The notes beneath the pieces were generated by a model. That model saw only the letters and a program-made list of their open reading frames with translations. It was not told where the DNA came from and ran no database searches. A stretch of 64,000 nt of DNA from Octopus vulgaris (lineage: Eukaryota), in NCBI GenBank assembly GCA_951406725.2, contig OX597818.1, positions 136,152,001 to 136,216,000 on the forward strand. The letters run 5' to 3'. The position numbers and the translations under genes are program-made. Numbering within the stretch: the first letter of the stretch is position 1; the number at the start of each line of letters is the position of its first letter. This document shows positions 1 through 14,499 of the stretch, piece after piece.

Positions 1-733
1 AAATATTCCGAAAATAACTTAATCCTGAAAGGGAAGAAACTCTTACCTTTCGATTAGACACAGTGAATTGACAACGAAGAAATACCATTTGTTTTTTACA
101 GTAAATGTTTCTATTTTAGCTTTTGTTAAAAACAATATTTTAATCATTTAGAAACATTTTTAAGTGAATGAAATTTCAAAAATGTAAGTTATTTGTACAG
201 TAAGTATTTATATTTTAGCTTCCTGTAAACAGACAATATTTTTATGTTTTTGAAAATTATTTTCAAGTGAATACCATTACAAAAAATGTTTTTGGCATAG
301 TTAAAAAAAGTATTTTAAAGTGAAAATGACTTAAAAAATACGGTAGATATTTCGTAAAAGACCCGTTCGTAACCTCGGTGTTAAAAATTTTTTTTCCATA
401 GATTTTTTTTCGAGTGCATTCAACGTATTTCACCTTCAAAGATTTGGCTGCTATTTCTAGCATGCCATACTACACCGTAACAGCTATTTGCAATAAAGGA
501 CCCAAAATAGCTGTTACGTGGTAGAGGGGCGTGCAAGAAATAATGGCAAAATCTTTCCTTTTCTGGGGAAAGTAGCCATTCACGTGTGATTTTACATTCG
601 CGATGTCACATTCCTTGAAAGCATGTGAAATAACATAGAAAAGAAAAACAAATCCACGAAACAAAACTGTTGCTGGAAAACTCAGAGTTTTCCAGTGGTC
701 CCACGAGTCACGGGTGGTCTAGCCTGGTCTAGT

Positions 734-808
734 ATATGTATGTGTGTATGCATGTATGTATATATGTATACATACATACATACATACATACATACATACA
801 TACATACA

Positions 809-862
<54 letters not shown>

Positions 863-870
863 CATATATG

Positions 871-931
<61 letters not shown>

Positions 932-934
932 ATA

Positions 935-987
<53 letters not shown>
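734..987. repeat. Compound (CATA)n/(TA)n microsatellite, representative of dozens of such tracts in the window
   Basis: Directly visible; explains the YIYI/HTYI ORFs. Confidence 0.98.
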
Positions 988-993
<6 letters not shown>

Positions 994-1079
994 TGTGGTT
1001 TTTAGAGTCAGATTTTGGCTGCTATTTTCAGCTGGCGGTATCTCGTAGATACCCTGAATTATAATTATATATATATATA

Positions 1080-1131
<52 letters not shown>

Positions 1132-1396
1132 GCAACACCAGTCAACATATTATCCTGCTCAACGAAGGATTTTGCCCTAAACGTTAGATTCCTTTACTTC
1201 CTTAATGCAAAATAATTTATTCCACTTTGTAAACTGTTTGTACCAACATCATTTAACTGACGTCGACTGTCGCTAGTTTCCTGGGAATTCTACTGTTTCA
1301 CATACGTCTCTAATGATGTCTTTCAGCAAACGCCATTAACATTATTACTGTCTGCTGTTTCAATCTCATATTACCCAGAGCACCAATTATCACTTA

Positions 1397-1794
1397 CTAG
1401 CAGTATCGCCCGGCGTTGCTCGGGTTTGTAAGGGAAATAACTATATAAGCATTTTTAGAGAGTTATAGCCAAAAAGTAGCAAAAAATGCATTAAAAATGG
1501 AAAAAAAAAATGATGGTAAATTTTTTTTTAATCTTTGACTCATCGTAGACATTTTTAGAGAGTTACTTCCCTTATATAATAGCGAAAAAATGCATTAAAA
1601 TGGAAAAAAATGATGGTAAATTATTTTTAAAATCGTAGACTCATCGTAGACACGCGCTAATACCCAGAAGGGCTCGATATGAATCACGACTATAAGATAC
1701 CCGGTTTTGGTTAAACTGCACCGCAAAATGTGGGAGTAGTTAGGAATCTAAATCGTAGGAGACAGACACACAACTTCACTTTTATATATAAAGA
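1397..1794 (-). mobile_element. Non-autonomous Helitron
   Basis: Minus strand starts A^TCTTTATATATAAAAG and ends with hairpin CCCGAGCAACGCCGGG followed by CTAG^T; inserted at an A/T site with no TSD; internal ~100-bp tandem duplication. Confidence 0.85.
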
Positions 1795-2178
1795 TGTACA
1801 CAGACAAACAGACAGACGCACACACACAAAGACCGACCGTCAATTGGCAGAATCGTAAATGTCTTGGTCCTATACGCCTGGGGCTAGAATCCTATGATCT
1901 AATGATGTCAGTTTTGCTTGCCATCCCCTCTGGATCTATAAATAACGTACATGTCTCTCGCTGGGGTCAATTTTCTTTTCTTGCGCTATTTCTGTCTGTC
2001 TGTCTGTCTGTCTGTCTCTGTCTCCCTAGGAAAAGAAAATCTGCTATGGTCAGTCCGGGAGAAGGATGGGCTCCACTATGCCAAAGACAATCAGGACTCG
2101 AGGCCAACACACACACACACACACACACATACACATATGTATGTATATATATATGTGTGTGTGTATATATATGTATAT

Positions 2179-3192
2179 AAAATAAATATAAGAGAGTGGT
2201 CACTATATGGCTCACTCTAGCACCAGTTAATCCAAAAGGTTTCAACCACAAAAATACATGTTTCCCATGAAAGTCAGTACGATTGTTAGCTCACACGGAC
2301 AGGGCAAATAAAAAATAACAAAAATACAGATTATTTTGGGACAATTGTTTCGCTATTAATGAATTAAATGTAATTTTACTTACAAAAAAATCCACTTGTA
2401 GCTCGTCAGCCAAAACTATCTGGATGAAATCCACTCAATCACACGCCAGATTTTACCATAACGATAAATACGCGTGTGGTTCAATTGATTACATCCGACG
2501 TTATAATTCAAATGCCCCAACTAACAGCGCGCCAAACTTTCACGGAAAACAAATACAGCATTTAGAAATAAATGCAGCATAATTATAATTAATTAATAAG
2601 GGTGAGAGAATTAGATACTAATTTAATAGTATATCTATTCAACACCAAGTGGCCTAGTGCTCCGAGAAACCTGGATTATTATAATATTTTATAATATATT
2701 ATAATATTTTTACAAAATAAATATAAGAGAGTGGTCACTATATGGCTCACTCTAGCACCAGTTAATCCAAAGGTTTCAACCACAAAAATACATGTTTCCC
2801 ATGAAAGTCAGTACGATTGTTAGCTCACACGGACAGGGCAAATAAAAAATAACAAAAATACAGATTATTTTGGGACAAATTCATTAATAGCGAAACAATT
2901 GTCCCAAAATAATCTGTATTTTTGTTATTTTTTATTTGCCCTGTCCGTGTGAGCTAACAATCGTACTGACTTTCATGGGAAACATGTATTTTTGTGGTTG
3001 AAACCTTTTGGATTAACTGGTGCTAGAGTGAGCCATATAGTGACCACTCTCTTATATTTATTTTGTAAAAATATTATAATATATTATAAAATATTATAAT
3101 AATCCAGGTTTCTCGGAGCACTAGGCCACTTGGTGTTGAATAGATATACTATTAAATTAGTATCTAATTCTCTCACCCTTATTAATTAATTA

Positions 3193-3194
<2 letters not shown>
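2179..3194 (-). mobile_element. Penelope-type/retrozyme-like non-autonomous element: 535-bp unit, partial direct repeat and inverted copy
   Basis: AGAGAGTGGT recurs at 2191 and 2726 (535-bp period); 2584-2878 is the reverse complement of 2899-3194; flanked by (TA)n; carries an HHR. Confidence 0.8.
2334..2415 (-). ncRNA. Type I hammerhead ribozyme
   Basis: Minus strand TTTTGG-CTGACGA-GCTA...TAGC-GAAA-CAATTG-TC^CCAAAA: canonical core, stems I and II pair, palindromic helix III. Confidence 0.85.
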
Positions 3195-3248
<54 letters not shown>

Positions 3249-3393
3249 AGTGTACACACACAAGTATATACACACATGTACACAAATACACACACACACA
3301 CACACACGTAAATATGTGCATTTTCTGCGATGATTTGGTAAGCGGTGTCGGTTTTACAATTCTGTAAACAACAAGAACAACAACAGCAACAGC

Positions 3394-3429
<36 letters not shown>

Positions 3430-3476
3430 AATAATAATGATGATGATGATGATGATAATATTTCATATGCAGAATA

Positions 3477-3883
3477 GGTGCAGGAGTGGCTGTGTGGTAA
3501 GTAGCTTGTTTACCAACCACATGGTTCTGGGTTCAGTCCCACTGCGTGGCATCTTGGGCAAGTGTCTTCTACTATAGCCTCGGGCCGACCAAAGCCTTGT
3601 GAGTAGATTTAGTAGACGGAAACTGAAAGAAGCCCGTCGTATATATGTATGTATATATATATAAGTGTGTGTGTATATGTTTGTGTGTCTGTGTTTGTCC
3701 CCCTAGCATTGCTTGACAACCGATGCTGGTGTGTTTATGTCCCCGTCACTTAGCGGTTCGGCAAAAGAGACCGATAGAATAAGTACTGGGCTTACAAAGA
3801 ATAAGTCACGGGGTCGAGTTGCTCGATTAAAGGTGGTGCTCCAGCATGGCCTCAGTCAAATGACTGAAACAAGTTAAAGAGTA
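3477..3883 (+). mobile_element. tRNA-derived SINE family B, full length, with internal (TA/TG) tract
   Basis: A box TGGCTGTGTGGT, B box GGTTCAGTCCC; near-identical copies at 12375, 29703, 44719 and 54616; tail CAGTCAAATGACTGAAAC. Confidence 0.9.
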
Positions 3884-4314
3884 TGCTTAAAGCTTATAAG
3901 CGATTACCGATATATGTAAACTGTTTTTACGACCAATTACATGATAGGATCTGTTCTCTTGTGCCCTTTTGTTTTAGTAATCAATACTTTTTTTTACAAA
4001 TTTATTGCTCAAAACGTGAATTCATTTAATTTTTATTAAGGTTTTTACTGAGATAATTTGTGATATAAATACACACACACACACACACACACACATTCTT
4101 GAGGCTGCTATGTAACAAATGTATTAGCCGCAATCACGTGACATTAATGGTATTTTAGATTATGCTATCGATTTCCATTACAATGCTGCAAATAATTTTA
4201 AATCACGCTTGCAAATTGCTTAAGCATGAAATTTTAAGCACCCGAATATAATTTCTATAGCATTTTAAATAGGTAATTTGTATGTATATATGCATCATGT
4301 TTATTTGTATTTGC

Positions 4315-4371
<57 letters not shown>

Positions 4372-4766
4372 TATGAACCAATACGTAGAGCTTGTGACAA
4401 ATTCATTTATTCACAATTATGAACAAACAGGTAGAAAATTTTTTTCTATCGCGTATTCTTTGTATTGATAATTGAATAGATGAATGGTTGAACTACTTTT
4501 TAGCGATTTCCCCACCCTCCATTAAAACTCGATGGAAAAATCTTGTTTCCATGTATTGACGGATATTTTGGCTCGTATGTTGTCACGCAACTTTCTCGGT
4601 GAAATAAAAATTCAGAGAGACGCTTGAAGAAGTTTCTACGTCTACGGGAATATTCACGTTTTTATTTTAAAGTTTAAATATTTTGTCTTCGTTTGAAAAA
4701 CATAAACCTTCTCTAAACCATAAATATGCGTGGGTCTATGTAGTCTATCATGCGTGCATCAGTCTA

Positions 4767-4852
<86 letters not shown>

Positions 4853-4878
4853 ACATTATATATATATATATATATATA

Positions 4879-5420
<542 letters not shown>

Positions 5421-5467
5421 AATATATATATATGTAAATTTCACGAGCATATATATACATGCATACA

Positions 5468-5562
<95 letters not shown>

Positions 5563-5576
5563 GTATGTATATATAT

Positions 5577-5790
5577 GCTCGTGAAATTTACATGCAAATG
5601 GCTGAACACTCCGCAGACACGTGTGCCTTTAACGTAGTTCTCAGGGAGTTTCAGCGTGACACTGAATGTAACAAACCTGGCCCTTTGAATTACAGGTACA
5701 ACTCATTTTTACCAGCTGAGCAGGCTGGACAAAGTGAAATAAAGTATCTGCTGAAGGACGTAATGCGCCGTCGGGAATCGAACTCACGTG
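5577..5790 (-). mobile_element. Degenerate SINE related to family A
   Basis: Similar to the family A body (CTCGTGAAATT...CCACAGACACGTG...CAGCGTGACAC). Confidence 0.65.
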
Positions 5791-5819
5791 TGTGTGTGTG
5801 TATAATACATGCAATCTCT

Positions 5820-6152
5820 TGCTTCAGTCGCTGACTTGCGGCCATAGTGTTGTACCGCTTTGAAGGATTTTAGTCGGACAGATTGCTTCTAGTATTTATT
5901 ATGGGGACGTAAACGAACCAACACCGTTTGTCTTAAGGTAGTGGGGCATAGACAAAGACACACACATATACATATATCGAGAGAAAGAGAGATGGGTTTC
6001 CACACAGTTTCCCTCTATCAAATTCCTTCACAAAGCATTGGTGACATGGGGCTATACAGTAGAAGTCTTTTGCGCAAGGTGCCATATGGCAGGCCCGAAC
6101 CCGAACCACACAGTTGCAAAGTGAGCTTAACCACACAGCTATGTCTGCGCCT
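5820..6152 (-). mobile_element. Degenerate SINE family B
   Basis: Diverged match to the family B head and tail. Confidence 0.65.
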
Positions 6153-6172
6153 ATACACACTTAGCTTTAAGT

Positions 6173-6388
6173 CAGTGGTTCTCAACCATTTTCCCGCCTA
6201 TAGACCCCTTTCATTTCTATTCTACTTTACTGGAACTCTAAAAGCATTCAATATATTTAAAAAATATTCTACTGTATTTCTATAATTAAATATTATTAGG
6301 AATTATATGAAAAGATTATTAAAATACTTTGTGTATTGTAGATGTATAAGCAATTTGCTACACAATTTTAACAACAAAATATTATATG
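6173..6388 (+). mobile_element. hAT (Charlie-like) MITE fragment
   Basis: Starts CAGTGGTTCTCAACC; interior resembles 44503-44650 in reverse orientation. Confidence 0.55.
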
Positions 6389-6665
6389 TTTCAGTCATAC
6401 TGGGGCACCACCATGAGGAATTTTAGTCGGACGAATCTACCCCCGTACTTATTTTTTTTTCTTTTTAAGCCTGGTACTTATGCTATTGTTCTCTTTTGGC
6501 GAACCATTAGTTTACGGGATGTAAAAACACCAACACCGGTTGACAAGCGGTGATGGGGACAAACACAAGCACACATACATGTATATATATGTACACACAC
6601 ATATATATATATTTATATATACACACACACATATATATTATGTGTGTGTGTGTGTGCAAGATATC

Positions 6666-6714
<49 letters not shown>

Positions 6715-6790
6715 TTGGCATTTTCTTGTCACCATGATTTCTTTTGAATGAAACAGTTCTCGTCCTGTAGAAGCTCCTTCTATAAAATAA

Positions 6791-6865
<75 letters not shown>

Positions 6866-7417
6866 CATATATATATACATATATACACACATACATATAT
6901 ATAAGGGCCATATGGAACTCGGTTCAGAACAACTGTTTTAAGCTCTCATATTTTAATAATCGAAGAAATATTAGGGTATAGTATAGTATAGGGCAACGCG
7001 CTCTATATTTTCTTGAAACGATCTCACGGCTCTCTTCTGTAACTAACCAATAAAACGCTTTGATCACATAGAACAAACGGCTTTTTGTGTCTTAAAAGCA
7101 GCTTCCTACTCCATAAAAAAAATGTGTTTGTTTAAGTTTCCTGAAAGCCACAAATTCCTCGTAACAAATTTTCGAAACCACTTTTTTGCAACGCTACATA
7201 AATTCAGAGGAAACTGGCGTTTATTTATAGCCCCGTCCCTTCTACCGTTCTGGTTTCTAGTTTCATTCTTGATGAATTATTGTCTTCGGTAAATGTCCCA
7301 AATATTCATCTGACAGCAGTCTACTTCAGCAATTACCACAGCGATAAAACATCATCAACCTTTATCGTTATCTGAAGCAAACAAGGTGGAGATGCGCGTG
7401 TATAAGTGCCTTTGTGT

Positions 7418-7475
<58 letters not shown>

Positions 7476-7595
7476 TAAATTCTTGTTGGAATTGCAAGGG
7501 AGCCTGACCAGAGAAACAAATCTCACAATTTGCTATGATTCTATTTGATACTTTGATATATATATTGGTGGAAAATGACTTGAGGTCCCACCCAA

Positions 7596-7676
<81 letters not shown>

Positions 7677-8434
7677 ACATGTAAACTCAACAAAAATAAC
7701 AACGACAAAATAGTTAACACACAGAGAAACAGAAATGTCTTTAACGTTTATATACATGCATACACAATGGCTGTCCATGCGTGACCAAGGAAGACCATCA
7801 CTAACCATTAAGAACATTGTGCACTCAAATTTATACTTTACGCTTGTAGTTCCGCTAGTAACTAATGAGCCCAGCTGTTGATAAACTTACATATCCACAG
7901 ATACTGCAGTTCAGGCTTCCCCCATTCGCTACACTGGCGAAGCATTTTCGAGCAGCTCGCTTAAATTTTGCATGAAAAATGCATATTTTTATTTCACAAC
8001 CATCGGAGCGCGAAGCGCTGTTCACGAACGCACGTTCGTGAGATGGTTGTGATATATAAACAATTTCATATAGGAACCGGAAAGAGAAGTATGAACACGC
8101 AATGCACATTTGCACACTGAGTTCATAAAGCGGAAGAGAAGAATAAAAACGCAATGTCACTATAAAGCCAAACAGAGAGATCGTTGTACGAGTTTCTCAG
8201 TTGGAGCCAGTGTCAGTTACGTGATATATACGAGATCGAGTTACCGTCAGGGTAGATGTCTCAAAGTCATTGTCGTGCGGAGCTATCAGCGATAGCACAA
8301 TAGACGAGCGAAAGATAAGACGCGGAATACCGCCACAACATAATAGTGACGACAAGAATTTACAGTGCCGACAAAAACATACAAGTGGTTGAGAATTCAC
8401 ACTATAACAGTGGGTACGAGGATATAAACAATAT

Positions 8435-8816
8435 GGAGGTGCAATGGCCCAGAGGTCAGGGCAGCGGACTCGCGGTCATAGGATCGCGGTTTCGATTCCC
8501 AGACCGGGCGTTGTGAGTGTTTATTGAGCGAAAACACCTAAAGCTCCACGAGGCTCCGGCAGAGGGTGGTGGTGATCCCTGCTGTACTCTTTCACCACAA
8601 CTTTCTCTCACTCTTACTTCCTGTTTCTGTTGTACCTGTATTTCAAGGGGCCGGCCTTGTCACTCTCTGTGTCACGCTGAATATCCCCGAGAACTACGTT
8701 AAGGGTACACGTGTCTGTGGAGTGCTCAGCCACTTACACGTTAATTTCACGAGCGGGCTGTTCCGTTGATTCGGATCAGCCGGAACCCTCATCGTCGTAA
8801 CCGACAGAGTGCTTCC
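8435..8816 (+). mobile_element. tRNA(Arg-like)-derived SINE family A, full length
   Basis: A/B boxes; TSD ATAAACAATAT at 8424-8434 and 8817-8827. Confidence 0.92.
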
Positions 8817-9653
8817 ATAAACAATATATACAGACGACGTTGAAAGATTTTTTTCACGTGGAGAAATTATAAAGTTGACAATGGCGTAATAAACATCTTT
8901 GTATATATTTTACGAAAACAGCGACAATTACAACTCAAAGAACAATAAGTGTTACATCAGCAAATGCCACAACTAATGAAGTTGGTTAAAAAAAAAACCC
9001 CGGAAAATACGTTTTTGCCAGATCATGTAGTAAATTCAAAAAATGAATTTAAATATGACCCGGAAGAAGGAGTCACCTTCGAGGCATATTCCCGAAGATT
9101 TTAACAAATTTTCGAAAAAGAATGCCAAAACTGAACGGACGAAATGAAAACGCATCTAATTCTGAGGAAACTGGCAACGACAGAGCACGAGAAATTCTGT
9201 AACTTTATATTGCCTAAAAAAGTTTCTGACATAAATTTCACGGATACAATCGACATTTTATGTAAGATGTTCAGTGAAAAAACATCGTTGTTCAACACAC
9301 GTTGGAAGTGTTTGAACGTTGAGAAAAGCGATTACGAAGACATTGTATATGCGAGTAGAGTGAACAGAGAGTGCAAGAGATTTCAATTGAGTAAACTCTA
9401 GACTCGTTCAAATGCCTGATTTTTGCTCAGGGACTTACTGCTAAACAGGACGCAGAAGTCAGGACGAAAAGTGAGAATCGAAATCACTAGTGTCAGAATG
9501 CATTTAGACACGGGGAGTGACATTACTATCATAAATGAAGAAACATGGAAGCAAATCGGTAAGCTGAAATTATTTAAATCAAATGAAGTCGACGTTTCAA
9601 AGTCCTTGTCTTGCAGAGCTATCAGCGTTGCACGATAGACGAGCAAAATATAT

Positions 9654-10036
9654 TGGAAGCACTCCGTCGGTTACGATGACGAGGGTTCCGGTTGATCCGA
9701 ATCAACGGAACAGCCTGCTCGTGAAATTAACGTGTAAGTGGCTGAGCACTCCACAGACACGTGTACCCTTAACGTAGTTCTCGGGGATATTCAGCGTGAC
9801 ACAGAGAGTGACAAGGCAGGCCCTTTGAAATACACGTACAACAGAAACAGGAAGTAAGAGTGAGAGAAAGTTGTGGTGTAAGAGTACAGCAGGAATCACC
9901 ACCATCCCCTGCCGGAGCCTCGTGGAGCTTTAGGTGTTTTCGCTCAATAAACACTCACAACGCCCGGTCTGGGAATCGAAACCGCGATCCTATGACCGCG
10001 AGTCCGCTGCCCTAACCGCTGGGCCATTGCGCCTCC
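9654..10036 (-). mobile_element. SINE family A, full length, inserted in the 3' LTR
   Basis: Reverse complement of 8435-8816; TSD ACGAGCAAAATATA at 9639-9652 and 10037-10050. Confidence 0.92.
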
Positions 10037-10282
10037 ACGAGCAAAATATAATAAAACGCGGAATACCGTCACAACATGCAAGTAGACGAGGATCCACATT
10101 ATAACATTCTCTTTCTCTTTTTAATTTTAGAACATATTTTGACCGGCCATTTTTCTGATGATTAAAAAATTCTTGAAAATTATTGGATGAAGCAATTATG
10201 TTTTTGACTGCACAACCATTCGTGTATGTTTCAGCTTTAAGTGTTTATAGTTTTGTTTGTCTTTAATCACTTTGTCAACAAA

Positions 10283-11388
10283 AATGGCGTCTCAAGTTAA
10301 ACACGATCAAATGGTTGCATTAAAATCAGTAAAATATCTAACAATTATATTGCAAAACAACTCAATGTGTGTTGTAAAATGTTGTGTAATGTCTGGAAAT
10401 GTTATAATTAATCTGGCATGACATCAAGCAAGCCAATTCCAAGGCGTAAAATAACTATTCGCCCCGAACCTATGATTGATACTATAAGAGAGTTCACGTT
10501 GAAGCATACGAAAAATAACAAGAGAATTTGATATTTCAAAATCTTCAATGCACAGGATTGCTAAAGAGGATCTAAGGCTAAAGGCATATAAAAAGCAGCC
10601 CAGACAAGTAATCTCAGCATCTTCAACGGAAGTACGGTTCGACAGGGGGAAAAAGATGTTAGCGGAGATGGACAGCGCCACAAAGTCTTCATTTGGAGTA
10701 ATGAGATCTTCACTGTGAAGGTTGTTACGAAGAGAACGACAGGCTGTACGTTGCTGATACTCAGGACTTGTGTGAAGGGAACCGAACCCATTTTCGTCAT
10801 TAGAAACCATCTGGAGTTATGGTGTCGGCTACCGTAGCATCTGATGGGTCCAAGTCTCCTTTGATCTTCATTTATGAGAGTGTTAATGTGAATAGCATAG
10901 CTTAAGTCAGAACTTTGGAAGAAAACATGTCTTGGTTAAATGAAACAGTTGGAAACAGGTATGTCTTCACTCAAGACGGTGCCCCAGTCCGCACCTAAAA
11001 TTTTATGCAAAAATGGTGCAGGGAACATTTTTGCAGTTTTTGAAACAAAACCTTTTGGCCTCCCACAAGCCTGGACATCAACCCAATGGACTTTTCTGCC
11101 TGGTATATCTTAGACAGTAAGGTCTTAGCTATCTCGTATTCAAGTGTGGTGAATTTGAAAGAGGCCCTTTTTATTGCGTGGAGTAAATTTGACGAAGTGG
11201 TGCGGCGATATTGCATTTTAGTCACCACTCGTTTGCAAGCCATGATCAAAGCAAGAGGTGGTCATTTTCAAATCTGTACTAGATAGGTAAAATATAGTGC
11301 TTATAATTTAGGAAGTTTGACTGCTCCTTCTTGTATATATTATAAGTAATTACGAAAATATGAGAGGTAAATCTTCTGAGACATCCGG
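10283..11388 (+). pseudogene. Tc1/mariner DD37D (maT-type) transposase pseudogene with right TIR
   Basis: Frame reads YVFTQDGAP...WPPTSLDINPMDFS with 37 residues between the last two Asp; in-frame stops; ends GACATCCGG-TA. Confidence 0.85.
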
Positions 11389-12374
11389 TATTTAGTAGCA
11401 AGGTTGTGAAGGAAAGTATCTCCTTTTAACCGTCATCCATTAAATCTTAAGATCCTGCAGATTTTTATAGTCCCAGATATTGTGATCATGTGTAGCATAT
11501 AAATTAAGGATTTGCATTCTCTCCCTAAGGTTCAGTTCTGGGGTCTAGGGAGAGATTGGTATGTATCCTGTATGTATCTGTGTGTGTGTGTGTGTGTGTA
11601 TGTGTGTGTATTACCTTAAGCACTTCATTCGCGAACAGAATTGCATATTTTACAATATATAAAGCGAAAGCGAAAGTAAGCGAGTATCTTACTCCTATAA
11701 TTCTTATAGCAAAATTCCTCAGAATACTCTTGCAGAATACTCTTACTAATTGATAAAATATGACTTTTAAATAACAGCAAATTGCCATTTCTATCTTATC
11801 TCTCTTCCCTATCTTGATTAAGAGCTTATGCAGGAAGCATATCTATCTGTCTCTCTGTCTGCCTGTCTACTTTCGTAAACAGTGTGGCACTCAAGATCGC
11901 GAGGTTGCGGTTTCGATTCCTGGACCAGGCGGTGCGTTGTGTTCTTGAGCAAGTCACTTGATTTCGCGTTGCTCTGCGATCACTTCAACATCCGTCGTGT
12001 GGTACATCGTGTACTTGTACAGGCAGAGTCCATTTGATTTTAGACATCTCTAGAGGGAATTCTGTATTTAGTATGAAGAATGCCGCTCTTCGGTATTTCA
12101 CCTCATCCATCGTAATGATATTCATTATCGCTGCCACAATAGTCCTCTCTCCTCTGTTTACACACGCACACACACACACACACACACACATACACACACA
12201 CACAAATACACTAGCAGACATGCACAGGCACACACATATGTATTGACCACTCTGAGTGTAGCCAACTGAATAGAATATACTTTGCAGACCACTGACAAGA
12301 TGTAATAAGACTGAAACATGTTCTTTATTACCACCAATTGGCTTTTAAAGACAATAGACACGCCCATTCTAATT

Positions 12375-12575
12375 ACTCTTTACTCTTTTACTTGTTTCAG
12401 TCATTTGACTGTGGCCATGCTGGAGCACTGCCTTTAATCGACCCTGGGACTTATTCTTTGTAAGCCCAGTACTTATTCTATCGGTCTCTTTTTGCCGAAC
12501 CGCTAAGTGACGGGGACATAAGCACACCAGCATCGGTTGTCAAGCAATGCTAGGGGGACAAACACAGACACACAA

Positions 12576-12610
<35 letters not shown>

Positions 12611-12781
12611 CATATATACGACAGGCTTCTTTCAGTTTCCGTCCACCAAATCCACTCACAAGGCATTGGTCGGCCCGGGGCTATAGCAGAAGACACTTAC
12701 TCAAGGTGCCACGCAGTGGGACTGAACCCGGAACCATGTGGTTGGTTAGCAAGCTACTTACCACACAGCCACTCCTGCGCC
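12375..12781 (-). mobile_element. SINE family B, full length
   Basis: Reverse complement of 3477-3883; short CTAATT duplication at the flanks. Confidence 0.92.
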
Positions 12782-13571
12782 TAATTGTCAATTTTTTCCA
12801 AAAATGTCGCTCAACTGCTCTTATTAGATTTACCTCCCTTACTTATTACTTTTAAATTTTAAACACATCCCCAGACGAAACTTGGATAATGCCAGCCGAT
12901 GGAAAATTTATCAACTCATTATTTTGACATATTTGTGACTCTATTTACATTAATATGTATCATTTCTAATGTCTTATTTCCAATGTCTTTAAAGTTTTCG
13001 GCTTCTTATCTTCGTTTCATTGTATTTCTTTCAACAGACATTTTCTTGCACATCAAATGAACAGTCGTGAAGTATCTTTATTGAGCCGTTTAATAGAAAG
13101 GCGCTGAAAGTTTCAACGTTCCTTGGTGTTTATCTTCAATATTTACTGTCTTTCAGCTTCACCAGACTGTTGTATACGCATTATTAAACAAAATGCTATA
13201 AGCTAAGAGACAGCTTTGCTTAAATGTTACTGGTGGTGGTGTTGGTGGTGTTGGTGGTGGTGGTGGTGGTGATGATGACAACGATGGTGCTTGGTTGTCA
13301 TGAAGACGGTTGGTTGGTAGCGATGCTGGTAGCTGTGGTAACACTCGTATGCTTTTACAAAGAAAATATTATGTGAAGTAGCAATATCTATATTAAACAA
13401 CTGTGTGGCAACTCTTATCTTTACACACACAAACAAAATACACACACGCATATAAGCATGTATGTATGTACGTGTGTGTGTATGTATGTATGTACGTGTG
13501 TGTGTATGTGTATGTGTGTGTATATATATATGTCTATATACATATATATTTTATATACAAACATATATCTT

Positions 13572-13603
<32 letters not shown>

Positions 13604-13655
13604 TGTCTATATACATATATCTTTATATACATATATCTTTATATACATATATCTT

Positions 13656-13738
<83 letters not shown>

Positions 13739-13819
13739 GCATTTATGAAGATATCTTTACACACTCACACACTTTATATATTTATATATACTGTATATAT
13801 TATTCGTATTGATACGCCT

Positions 13820-14247
13820 CACCCATACACAGACATACTAAACCAGATCAAGAGAAAAATCACTTGACAGAGTGGTCATAAGGTTACATACAACACGCTC
13901 CAGTTTCTTATCTGCAGACGTGCAGGTTCCTCTCACTGCTTTTCATACTACTATTGTAATGGCCTCTGCTCCGCTGAGTTTGCTAGTAACGTACCGTCTC
14001 CTCTCACTCACTCTCGACTCATTCGTCCTTCCTCCTACTCTCTCATCATCCATATTGCACCTACTTCTTCTTCTGACACTATAACTAGCCATGACGCGCT
14101 CAGTTCCTTCTGTCCCAGAACGTTAGGTTCTTTGGAAATACCTTTTCTGCTCAAGTCTCTACAACTGTCGTTTAAGTGGAATGTTAAGAACATCATCAAT
14201 GTCTTCAGTCTGGCAGGGTCGACGAAGGTCGTAGGCACTTCTGGACA

Positions 14248-14250
<3 letters not shown>
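13820..14250 (+). mobile_element. Decayed non-LTR retrotransposon ORF2 C-terminus
   Basis: Broken frames read YYYCNGLCSAEFASNVPSPL...SSFCPRT, resembling CR1/Jockey-group C-terminal motifs. Confidence 0.55.
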
Positions 14251-14338
<88 letters not shown>

Positions 14339-14499
14339 AGAAATTCCAACTCTGTCTATTTTTTATGTTTTATTTATATCCTTTATAATATTAATGTAGA
14401 ATATTGAATATATAGTATAAATGATATATATATAGTAAAATGAAATGAAATATTGATTGTCTTATTGAATAGATGAAATATTGAATAGAAGGTATTCAA

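Larger units (their letters stand above)
8049..10106 (+). mobile_element. Decayed Gypsy (Mag/K02A2.6-like) LTR retrotransposon: 5' LTR, PBS, gag, protease, deletion, partial 3' LTR
   Basis: LTR end CACACTATAACA (8409) followed by PBS-like GTGGGTACGAGG; gag-like FKYDPEEGVTF and RKLATTEHEKFCNFILPK...SLFNTRWKC; protease LDTGSDIT; LTR sequence 8252-8409 recurs at 9588-10106; LTR start uncertain. Confidence 0.8.

Noticed and set aside
695-1215. [14 protein letters not shown] ORFs here and throughout the track
   Set aside because: Translations of dinucleotide and tetranucleotide microsatellites, not genes
8435-8510. tRNA gene
   Set aside because: tRNA-like head continues into a SINE body with TSDs; multi-copy
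8517-8769. Recurrent ORFs MFIERKHL.../MVVIPAVL... (also at 9702-9954 and 58023)
   Set aside because: Chance open frames in SINE family A copies
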